Assembly (NCBI GenBank): GCA_964635565.1
Contig: CAZWON010000007.1
Coordinates: 1 to 62,822 of the forward strand
DNA from: an uncultured Planctomycetia bacterium
GTDB lineage: Bacteria; Omnitrophota; Gorgyraeia; Duberdicusellales; 4484-171
Direction of reading: 5' to 3'
Length of the DNA: 62,822 bases
Shown here in pieces: positions 9,411 through 17,437 of the stretch. A program made the translations under genes and the position numbers. Each line of letters begins with the position of its first letter. The stretch's first letter is position 1. The notes under the pieces are model-generated. The model made no database searches. It saw nothing but the letters and a program-made list of their open reading frames with translations, and had not been told where the DNA came from.

Positions 9411-10634
9411 ATGAGATTGATTCCTCTTAAGATACATACAATTAAAGAAGCAAAGAGGTTAATGTGTAGGATTGGTGTAGATAGTAGAGGTATAGAAATT
9501 ATGGCTCCTAAAACATTGCATTTTTGCTTTAAAATAGAGGATATCAACTCTTTATATGCTAATATCATAAAACAACATTTGCTCTCTTTAGGTTCTGATG
9601 CTGCCATAGATAGAAAGGCCCTTACAAAAAGAATAAAAACATCCCTTGTTCTTTTTGGTACTTTTCGCCAAATAGATAAACTAATTTCTAAGCTTAAAAG
9701 TCAACCTTTTGAATTAAAAGAAATAGCATATAAATTAGAGGAGGCTTTAAAAAGAGAAAAGAATAGAAATTTAATATTTAAGGCAAGAAATAAATTATTA
9801 AAAATAAAAAAACCCATCCTTTGTGGGATTATCAACGTTACTCCTGATTCTTTTTCTGGCGATGGTTTGCTTAAGAAGTGTGTTCTTGGTTCTCGTAAGT
9901 TTAAAGAAATTATTTTAAAGAAAACTGACGAAATGGTAAAGAATGGAGCAAAAATTATTGATATAGGAGGGGAATCAACTCGTCCTTATTCTAAAAGAAT
10001 AGATGAAAAAGAAGAAATAAGGAGGGTAATTCCTGCTATTAAGATTATAAGAAAAAAATTTTCCGATGTATTTTTATCTATTGATACATATAAATATAAA
10101 GTAGCAAAAGAAGCGGTAGAATATGGAGTAGATATTATTAATGATATTACTGCTTTACGGAATTCACCTCGTTTAGTTAATTTAATAGCTAAGTACAAAT
10201 TAGGATGCATTCTTATGCATATGAAAGGAACTCCCCAGACAATGCAATTAAATCCTTTATATAAAAAAGGAGTGGTAGAGGAGATATTTGATTTTTTATC
10301 GGGAAGAATTGAGTTCTGTTTGAATAACAAGATAAGAAAAGACCAGATTATGATTGACCCCGGGATAGGGTTTGGTAAGCGACTCCAAGATAATTACCAG
10401 ATTCTAAACAAACTGTATATCTTAAAAAGCTTATGTGTCCCAATTTTTTTAGGAGTTTCCCGTAAGTCCTTTATCGGGAAGGTGTTAAAGTTAGATATTG
10501 AGGAACGTATTTATGGCACGATTTCTGCATTATCTATTTCTTATATTAAAGGAGCGGATGTGTTGAGAGTTCATGATGTGAAAGAAGCTTATCAAGCTTT
10601 AAAGATAGCTTATCTGATAAAGGAAGTAAATTAA
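9411..10634 (+). CDS. folP: Dihydropteroate synthase with ~125-aa N-terminal extension
   Basis: GIINVTPDSFS, DIGGESTRP, DPGIGFGK, SRKSF, RVHDV. Confidence 0.95.
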   Translation: MRLIPLKIHTIKEAKRLMCRIGVDSRGIEIMAPKTLHFCFKIEDINSLYANIIKQHLLSLGSDAAIDRKALTKRIKTSLVLFGTFRQIDKLISKLKSQPFELKEIAYKLEEALKREKNRNLIFKARNKLLKIKKPILCGIINVTPDSFSGDGLLKKCVLGSRKFKEIILKKTDEMVKNGAKIIDIGGESTRPYSKRIDEKEEIRRVIPAIKIIRKKFSDVFLSIDTYKYKVAKEAVEYGVDIINDITALRNSPRLVNLIAKYKLGCILMHMKGTPQTMQLNPLYKKGVVEEIFDFLSGRIEFCLNNKIRKDQIMIDPGIGFGKRLQDNYQILNKLYILKSLCVPIFLGVSRKSFIGKVLKLDIEERIYGTISALSISYIKGADVLRVHDVKEAYQALKIAYLIKEVN

Positions 10635-10645
10635 AAAAACATATA

Positions 10646-11407
10646 ATGGTAGGTATATTGAAAGCTATTGAGTGGAAAGCAATTATCGAAATTGTTATTC
10701 TTTGGTTTGTTATCTATAGAATTTTTCTTTTTTTAAAAGGCACCAAAGCAGTATATCTTTTAAGAGGCATTGTTATTCTGGTAATAGCTTTTTTCTTCTT
10801 TCAGAAGATGAATTTCTATGTTTTGAGTTGGTTTCTTACAAAATTCTTTGCCTTTTTTTTGATTCTGATTGTTATTATTTTTCAGCCTGAACTTCGAGAA
10901 GGGCTTATTAGATTAGGTAAAAGACATATTTTTTACATTGAACCTAAACAGGAAGAGATTGAGAAAGTAATTAGAGAAATTGTCAGTGCAACAAGTATTA
11001 TGAGTAAAAAAAGAATAGGTGCTCTTATAGCAATAAAAAGAGAGATTGGCCTTAAGAATTACATTGAAAGCGGGGTAATATTAAATGCTGACATTTCTTC
11101 TGAGCTATTGCAAAATATATTTTCTCCTCCTGCCCCTCTACATGATGGAGGAGTTATTATCGATGGAGTAAAAATTATCTCTGCAGGATGCCTTTTTCCT
11201 CTTACAGATAATCCTAATTTAGAAAGAGCTTTGGGTATGCGACATCGTGCTGCTGTGGGTCTTTCTGAAGCATCCGATGCAGTAGTAATCGTTGTTTCTG
11301 AAGAAAGAGGAACAATATCATTAGCAATCAATGGCCAGTTGACAAGGAATTTATCTCCCAGTGACTTACAGACAATTTTAAAGGGCCAGTTAGGGAGGAA
11401 AGAATGA
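10646..11407 (+). CDS. cdaA: Diadenylate cyclase (CdaA/DacA)
   Basis: Three N-terminal TM helices, PLHDGG, GMRHRAA, VVSEERG. Confidence 0.96.
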   Translation: MVGILKAIEWKAIIEIVILWFVIYRIFLFLKGTKAVYLLRGIVILVIAFFFFQKMNFYVLSWFLTKFFAFFLILIVIIFQPELREGLIRLGKRHIFYIEPKQEEIEKVIREIVSATSIMSKKRIGALIAIKREIGLKNYIESGVILNADISSELLQNIFSPPAPLHDGGVIIDGVKIISAGCLFPLTDNPNLERALGMRHRAAVGLSEASDAVVIVVSEERGTISLAINGQLTRNLSPSDLQTILKGQLGRKE

Positions 11408-11556
11408 GATTTAAACAGTTTAAGGAATACATTGAGGATTTAAGTGTTAAAAAGATGGTAACTAATAATTTCTGGCTTAAATTAGTTGCTTTAGGGATAG
11501 CCATAATTACATGGTTTTATGTAAATGGTGAGTTAACAAGAGGGATAAAGGTTTAG
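11404..11556 (+). CDS. 50-aa transmembrane-only CdaR/YbbR-like protein
   Basis: MRFKQFKEYIEDLSVKKMVTNNFWLKLVALGIAIITWFYVNGELTRGIKV; ATGA overlap with cdaA stop; resembles the CdaR N-terminal TM anchor. Confidence 0.7.
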   Translation: MRFKQFKEYIEDLSVKKMVTNNFWLKLVALGIAIITWFYVNGELTRGIKV

Positions 11557-11574
11557 CTTAAAAGCACCTGTATT

Positions 11575-12288
11575 ATGAAGCTGGGAGTAAATGTTGACCA
11601 TGTAGCTACTTTAAGGCAGGCGCGGGGAACAGTTTATCCTGATCCTGTTGTAGCTGCTTTACTGGCAGAATATGCAGGGGCTAATTCTATAGTTGTTCAT
11701 CTAAGAGAGGATAGGCGGCATATAAAAGAAAGAGATGTAATTATTATAAGAAAAATGATAAAAATACCTCTTAATTTAGAGATGTCAGTTAACAAAGATA
11801 TTGTTAATTTTGCCTTAAAAATAAAACCTCATCAAGCAACATTAGTTCCTGAAAGACGACAGGAATTAACTACTGAAGGGGGAATAGATTTAAGAAAAAA
11901 TTATTTGCGAGTAAGAGAAGTCGTTGATAGACTTAAATCCCAAGGTATAAAAGTAAGTTTGTTTATAGACCCTTTTAAGTTCCAGATTGATTTAGCAAAA
12001 AAAATAGGAGCAGATATTGTAGAGTTTAATACAGGAAAGTTTTCTGAAGCTGATAATATTTTCCAGAGAAAAAAAAGACAGAATAAAATAAAAGAAGCAG
12101 CGCGTTATGCCAAAAAGAAAGCTCTTTTTGTTGCTGCGGGGCATGGTTTAGACTATGATAATGTAAAGGAGATAGTTAAGATAAAAGAAATAGAAGAATT
12201 AAATATAGGGCATTCTATAATCTGTCGGTCTCTGTTTGTAGGAATAGTTTCTGCAGTAGAGGAAATGATAGATTTGATTTCAAATTGA
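11575..12288 (+). CDS. pdxJ: Pyridoxine 5'-phosphate synthase
   Basis: LGVNVDHVATLRQAR, HLREDRRHI, AGHGL, ELNIGHSII. Confidence 0.97.
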   Translation: MKLGVNVDHVATLRQARGTVYPDPVVAALLAEYAGANSIVVHLREDRRHIKERDVIIIRKMIKIPLNLEMSVNKDIVNFALKIKPHQATLVPERRQELTTEGGIDLRKNYLRVREVVDRLKSQGIKVSLFIDPFKFQIDLAKKIGADIVEFNTGKFSEADNIFQRKKRQNKIKEAARYAKKKALFVAAGHGLDYDNVKEIVKIKEIEELNIGHSIICRSLFVGIVSAVEEMIDLISN

Positions 12289-12305
12289 GATAAAAAATAA
12301 ACAAG

Positions 12306-12659
12306 ATGGTTGTAGGAGTGGGAATAGATATAGTTAAAATAGAAAAGATGAAACTTGCTATTAAACGATGGAGCAATACTTTTATCAAGAGAATATTTAA
12401 TCCTGAAGAGTTAAAAAATATTTCTAAAGGAAAAATTTACTATCAGCGTCTTGCAGCGCGTTTTGCAGCAAAAGAAGCAGTTATAAAGGCTTTAGCAAAA
12501 ACTTACCCTTTATCTTTTAAAGATATTTTGATTCTTAACAGGGATAATGGTGCCCCCTTTTGTAAAATAAAAAAAGAAGATAATCTTAATATTTTCATTT
12601 CTTTAACCCACATTGAGGATTATGCTGTTGCCTGCGCAGTTGCAGAAAAGAAAGAGTGA
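12306..12659 (+). CDS. acpS: Holo-ACP synthase
   Basis: GVGIDIV, ARFAAKEA, SLTH. Confidence 0.95.
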   Translation: MVVGVGIDIVKIEKMKLAIKRWSNTFIKRIFNPEELKNISKGKIYYQRLAARFAAKEAVIKALAKTYPLSFKDILILNRDNGAPFCKIKKEDNLNIFISLTHIEDYAVACAVAEKKE

Positions 12660-13509
12660 TACTCACAAAGGAGATTACGGACACGTATTAGTAATTGGAG
12701 GAAGCTGTGGCCTTACAGGGGCTGTATGTTTATGTGCCCAGGCAGCTTTAAGAAGTGGTTGTGGTCTGGTTACTGTAGGAGTTCCTTCTTCTTTAAACAA
12801 TATTTTTGAAGTTAAACTTACAGAAGTAATGAGTTTACCCCTTAAGGAGACTTCTCAGCGCACCCTTTCTTTAAGCGCCTTTAAAATAATTAAGCAGTTT
12901 TCTTTGAAAGTAGATGTAATAATTGCTGGTTGTGGAGCATCTTGTAATGTTTCTACTAAGAAATTAATAGTAAAGATATTAAGAGAGATAAATAAACCTT
13001 TAGTTGTGGATGCTGATGGAATAAATGCCTTTGTGGGAGATTTAGAGACGTTAAGAAGGAGAGTGTTTCGAGATGTTATTTTTACTCCACATATGGGAGA
13101 ATTTTCCCGCCTTATTAATAAAAGTATTGATTATATTAGGAAAAAGAGAAAAAGGCTTGCCAAAGAATTTGCTCTTCGGTATAATTTAATCCTTGTATTA
13201 AAGGGTTGCCGTACTATTATCACTGATGGCAAAAGATTTATTGAAAATACAACAGGAAATCCTGGTATGGCTACTGCAGGTAGTGGTGATGTATTGAGTG
13301 GAATAATCAGTGGTTTGATGGCTCAGGGATTAAGCGGTTTTGAATCAGCTAAGTTAGGTGTTTATCTGCATGGTTTAGCAGGAGATTTAGCAGTAAGAGA
13401 TATTACCCAAGTTTCTTTAGTAGCATCTGATATTATAAAGTATTTACCATTAGCTGTAAAAAAATCTAAGCGCCCAGGTAGCTCAATCGGCAGAGCAGGG
13501 GTTTTGTAA
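12613..13509 (+). CDS. nnrD: ADP-dependent NAD(P)H-hydrate dehydratase (stand-alone NnrD; start 12613 or 12622)
   Basis: HKGDYG, VVDADG, TPHMGEF, GNPGMATAGSGDVL; no epimerase domain; 3' end overlaps tRNA-Thr. Confidence 0.92.
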   Translation: MRIMLLPAQLQKRKSDTHKGDYGHVLVIGGSCGLTGAVCLCAQAALRSGCGLVTVGVPSSLNNIFEVKLTEVMSLPLKETSQRTLSLSAFKIIKQFSLKVDVIIAGCGASCNVSTKKLIVKILREINKPLVVDADGINAFVGDLETLRRRVFRDVIFTPHMGEFSRLINKSIDYIRKKRKRLAKEFALRYNLILVLKGCRTIITDGKRFIENTTGNPGMATAGSGDVLSGIISGLMAQGLSGFESAKLGVYLHGLAGDLAVRDITQVSLVASDIIKYLPLAVKKSKRPGSSIGRAGVL

Positions 13510-13544
13510 ACCTCAGGTTGGAGGTTCGATTCCTCTCCTGGGCT
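13472..13544 (+). tRNA. tRNA-Thr(TGT)
   Basis: Acceptor GCCCAGG/CCTGGGC; anticodon arm GGGGT-TT-TGT-AA-ACCTC; TTCGATT loop; no encoded CCA. Confidence 0.95.
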
Positions 13545-13638
13545 TATTTAGACACAGAGGGTTAGTAATTTTTGGTAGATTACGTAATTTAGTTGTCTGT
13601 TACAATCTATTTCCGATGTATTATTAATCTGTATAAAT

Positions 13639-13721
13639 GGGCAGGTACCCTAGTGGACAACGGGGGCAGACTGTAAATCTGCTGCGCTTGCGCTTCGGAG
13701 GTTCGAATCCTCCCCTGCCCA
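13639..13721 (+). tRNA. tRNA-Tyr(GTA)
   Basis: Acceptor GGGCAGG/CCTGCCC; GCAGA-CT-GTA-AA-TCTGC; long variable arm. Confidence 0.95.
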
Positions 13722-13826
13722 CTGTTTTTGGTACCTAATAGTTTAGAGGGAATGCAGAGAATTTTAGCTTATCTTGTAGATGATAACTGTCTTTTTATTC
13801 TAGTGGTTAAGACAGTTTATTAAGTT

Positions 13827-14054
13827 GTGGAAGAAAATAGAAAGTTAAAATTTATAAAAGTAATTAGTGTAAATAATGTAGGAACTCTTTCTTTCATAAA
13901 ATCTCTTTTAGAAGATAAAGATATTCCTTACTATATTACTAATGAAAATTTTTCTGTTTTTTATGGGGGAGCAGACGGATTGACGCGGATGGATATAATG
14001 GTAAGAGAAGATAAGCTAAGAGAGACAAAAGATATTCTAAAAGGATTTATATAA
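13827..14054 (+). CDS. DUF2007-like putative signal-transducing protein
   Basis: IKSLLEDKDIPY...IMVREDKLRETKDIL pattern. Confidence 0.7.
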   Translation: MEENRKLKFIKVISVNNVGTLSFIKSLLEDKDIPYYITNENFSVFYGGADGLTRMDIMVREDKLRETKDILKGFI

Positions 14055-14066
14055 GAGAGATTATTT

Positions 14067-14140
14067 GCGGGCGTAGTTCAATGGTAGAACACAGGCCTTC
14101 CAAGCCTGATATGACGGTTCGATTCCGTTCGCCCGCTCCA
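14067..14140 (+). tRNA. tRNA-Gly(TCC)
   Basis: Acceptor GCGGGCG/CGCCCGC; CAGGC-CT-TCC-AA-GCCTG; encoded CCA. Confidence 0.96.
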
Positions 14141-14225
14141 GTTAAAACAAGGCAAAACTTTTAAGAATAATAAATTTATTTTAGGAAGAAAAGGATTAAT
14201 TATTGAATTAATAATTTAAAGTCAT

Positions 14226-15230
14226 ATGAGAGAAAGAATTTCTATAATTGGTGCGGGTAGCTGGGGAACTACTTTAGCAGTTATTCTTGCTCAGAATGAT
14301 AAAGAGGTAGAACTACATAGTGTATTTAGAGAGCATAATAGAGTAATGTCTAAAGAACGCATGAATCGCCTGTTTCTTAAAGGAATAAAATTTCCTCCTT
14401 TGTTAAAAATAAATGATAGCCTTAGAAGTGTTTTAAATAATAAAATTATTATTCTTGCTGTTCCTGTAAAATTTTTAAAGGAGTGTTTAAAGAAAATAAA
14501 GAAATTAAATATCAATTTTAAAGATAAAATATTTGTAAGTGTAGCTAAAGGAATTGAAGTTAGTTCTTTAAAAAGGCCTTCTGAAATTATCCAGGAGCAG
14601 TTAGGTAATGTTAAAATTGCTGTTCTTAGTGGGCCTACGATTGCTAAAGAGGTAGTAAAAGGGATACCTACTACCTGTATAGTTGCCTCGAAGAATAAAA
14701 AAATTGCTAAGAGAGTGCAATATGCGCTTAGTACGTCTCGTTTTCGGATTTACCATCATTACGATGTTTTAGGAGTGGAGTTAGCAGGAGCATTGAAGAA
14801 TATTATTGCTATCGCTTGCGGAGTCTCTGATGGTTTAGGTTTTGGCACTAACACAAAAGCTGCTCTTCTTAGCCGAGGTCTTGTGGAAATAGTTCGTTTA
14901 GGTAAAAAGATGGGAGCATGCCCTTCTACTTTCTGGGGGATAAGTGGATTGGGTGATTTAGCTACTACCTGTTTTTCACCTTATTCTCGGAATAGATTTG
15001 TAGGAGAACAAATTGGTAAAGGAAGAAAGTTAAAAGAGATTCTGAATAAAATGGAGATGATTGCCGAAGGTATTAATACCGTTTATTCTGCTTATATACT
15101 TAGTAAGAAAATGAAGATAGAGATGCCTATAACCAGCGAAGTTTATAAGGTGCTTTATAGGAACAAGAAACCCCACGACGCTGTTAATGATTTAATGATG
15201 CGTCCTCTTAAACCAGAAACTGTTAAGTGA
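14226..15230 (+). CDS. gpsA: NAD(P)H-dependent glycerol-3-phosphate dehydrogenase
   Basis: GAGSWGT, KGIE, LSGPT, GALKN, GLGDL, EG. Confidence 0.96.
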   Translation: MRERISIIGAGSWGTTLAVILAQNDKEVELHSVFREHNRVMSKERMNRLFLKGIKFPPLLKINDSLRSVLNNKIIILAVPVKFLKECLKKIKKLNINFKDKIFVSVAKGIEVSSLKRPSEIIQEQLGNVKIAVLSGPTIAKEVVKGIPTTCIVASKNKKIAKRVQYALSTSRFRIYHHYDVLGVELAGALKNIIAIACGVSDGLGFGTNTKAALLSRGLVEIVRLGKKMGACPSTFWGISGLGDLATTCFSPYSRNRFVGEQIGKGRKLKEILNKMEMIAEGINTVYSAYILSKKMKIEMPITSEVYKVLYRNKKPHDAVNDLMMRPLKPETVK

Positions 15231-15832
15231 TACCCTCTATAAAAGAAAGTTTTTTAAATAAAAAATTTATAGTACAGAGAAGAGCTGACGTTCTTTTTTC
15301 TTTCTTATCCCTAAATATTCTTTTTGATAAAATCTAAGTGATTTTTTTGAAATCTTGTTTTAGATTTCGTGTGTTTTTCCTTATAGGATAATGAGTAGTA
15401 AAGGTAGATGGCATCCCTATTTCCCTAATTCTTTGGACAAATTATGATATAATAAATAAACTTTTTAAAAAGAAGAAAGAGCAAGGTATTGGTATGCAGA
15501 AAAAATATTGTCTAAGTAAAAAGGGAATGCGTCCAAAGATAGGGAGTCAGCCCATTTTGTTGTGATTATTAAAGGAGAGCTAACGGTACTTATTATATTT
15601 TATTATATTAGGAGGTTGGCAATCCAGAGGAGGTAGGTCTTTTTTAGATGTGTTTTTTGTGGTTTTTTTGTGCTTTCCGGTAGTATTTTTAAGAGATTTA
15701 GTTGATGCGACTTGTTTCTTCACTTTTAAAACATATCTTTTTATTCTTTTAAATAACTTCTCATCAAAAGATGAAAGAGGCTTTATGGGTGTATACCGTG
15801 TTCTTTTGCTTTTCTCAAGCTCAATAGAGAGC

Positions 15833-15861
15833 TTGACAAACTATTAATTATAGGATAAATT
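15833..15861 (+). promoter_or_regulatory. sigma70 promoter of aroK operon (leaderless), -35 overlapped by an inverted repeat
   Basis: TTGACA (15833-38), 17 nt, TAAATT (15856-61), 6 nt to ATG; TCAAGCTC/GAGCTTGA repeat at 15815-15836. Confidence 0.65.
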
Positions 15862-15867
15862 TTTGGC

Positions 15868-16377
15868 ATGGATAAAAATATATATCTAGTAGGATTTATG
15901 GGTACAGGTAAAACTACAGTAGGTAAGATTTTATCTAAAGAGCTTAAAAGAGAATTTGTGGAAACTGATGAACTTATTGAGAAGAAGGAAAATTTAGATA
16001 TTCCTGCGATTTTTTCCCTTAAAGGAGAACGATATTTTCGTAAGGTAGAAAAAGAAGTATTAAAAGAGGTATCATGTAAGAATAGTTTGATAGTAAGTTG
16101 TGGTGGAGGGATAGTAATAGATAAAGAAAATTTAAGTTTGTTAAAAAAAACAGGATTTGTTGTCTGTCTTACCGCAGATGCTTCTATAATTTATGAGCGT
16201 ACTGTTTCTTACAAGCATAGGCCTTTACTTAATGTAGATAATCCTTTAGAGAGGATAAAAAAACTTTTGAGAGAAAGAGAACCTTTCTATAAAGAGGCTC
16301 ACCTTTTTATTGATACTGCAAATATTTCTCCTCAAGATGTCGCAACAAAAATAATCAAAGAGTTAAATAATGTATAA
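15868..16377 (+). CDS. aroK: Shikimate kinase
   Basis: GFMGTGKTT, GERYFR, GGG, RPLL. Confidence 0.95.
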   Translation: MDKNIYLVGFMGTGKTTVGKILSKELKREFVETDELIEKKENLDIPAIFSLKGERYFRKVEKEVLKEVSCKNSLIVSCGGGIVIDKENLSLLKKTGFVVCLTADASIIYERTVSYKHRPLLNVDNPLERIKKLLREREPFYKEAHLFIDTANISPQDVATKIIKELNNV

Positions 16378-17437
16378 AAATCCATTTATTTTAATTAATA
16401 AGGTAAAATTAGCCTTTAAAGAGACAAATTTACTGTTAAATTATTTTTCTAATCCTAATGATATATTTAAGGCAAAAAAAGAAGATTTTCTAAGAGCAGG
16501 ACTGAAAGAAAAATCAGCCAATAATATAATATCCATGCTCAATAGTTACGAAATTGATGAAGAAATGAGACTCATAGATAAAGAGGAGATAGAGGTTGTT
16601 GATTGGTTTAGTGAAGATTATCCTCCTCTGTTAAAAGAGATACCCTTTCCTCCTTTAGTCCTTTATGTAAAAGGAGATAAGAAGCTATTAAGTAAGATGT
16701 GCATTGCCATTGTTGGCTCAAGATTGGCAAGTTTATATGGTATTCAAATGGCTGAGAAATTTTCTTATAGCTTAGCTAGTTTAGGATTAGTTGTAGTTTC
16801 AGGCTTAGCCAGAGGAATAGATACCTCAGCCCATAATGCTGCTTTAAAGTCAGGTTTTACTATTGCAGTATTAGGAAGTGGTTTACTTAATATTTATCCT
16901 CGCCAGAATTATAATCTGGCTAAGGAGATATTTAGGAAAGGAGCGGTAATATCAGAGTTTTCTTTGAGAGAACCCCCATTAAAAGAGAATTTTCCTCGGC
17001 GGAACAGAATAATAAGCGGATTATCAAAAGGTGTTTTAATAGTGGAAGCAGCTAAAAAGAGTGGCGCCTTGATTACTGCCCGTCTTGCATTAGAACAGAA
17101 TAGGGAGGTTTTTGCTGTCCCAGGCAAAGCAGATTCTCCTTTAAGTAAGGGAGTTCACTTTTTGATTAAAGAAGGAGCGAAGCTGGTAGATTCATTAGAT
17201 GATATTCTTGGGGAGTTGAATATAAAATGGGATAAAGAAGAGACTACTGTTAATTTAACATCGGAAGAAAAGGTTGTTTTTGATATAATTAGTAAGGAAG
17301 GAATGTTTCTGGAGGAAATTATTCTTAAGAGTGGATTGGATTATAAGTCAGCCCATCGAGCTATTCTTTATCTTCAGGTAAAAGGGCTAATAGAAGAAAA
17401 AAAACCTCTTTATTTTGCAAGGAGTGTTTATGGCTAA
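16370..17437 (+). CDS. dprA: DNA processing protein DprA
   Basis: IVGSR, SGLARGID, FPRRNRIISG, VEAAKKSGALITA. Confidence 0.96.
   Translation: MYKNPFILINKVKLAFKETNLLLNYFSNPNDIFKAKKEDFLRAGLKEKSANNIISMLNSYEIDEEMRLIDKEEIEVVDWFSEDYPPLLKEIPFPPLVLYVKGDKKLLSKMCIAIVGSRLASLYGIQMAEKFSYSLASLGLVVVSGLARGIDTSAHNAALKSGFTIAVLGSGLLNIYPRQNYNLAKEIFRKGAVISEFSLREPPLKENFPRRNRIISGLSKGVLIVEAAKKSGALITARLALEQNREVFAVPGKADSPLSKGVHFLIKEGAKLVDSLDDILGELNIKWDKEETTVNLTSEEKVVFDIISKEGMFLEEIILKSGLDYKSAHRAILYLQVKGLIEEKKPLYFARSVYG

Noticed and set aside
15398-15450. Fluoride-riboswitch-like AGGTAGATGGCATCCCT
   Set aside because: The complementary 3' pseudoknot strand (TGATGCCT-like) is absent and no crcB/eriC gene follows.
15650-15847. 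65-aa + strand ORF
   Set aside because: Phe/Val-rich composition mirrors the Lys-rich minus frame; no properly spaced SD; runs into the aroK promoter.
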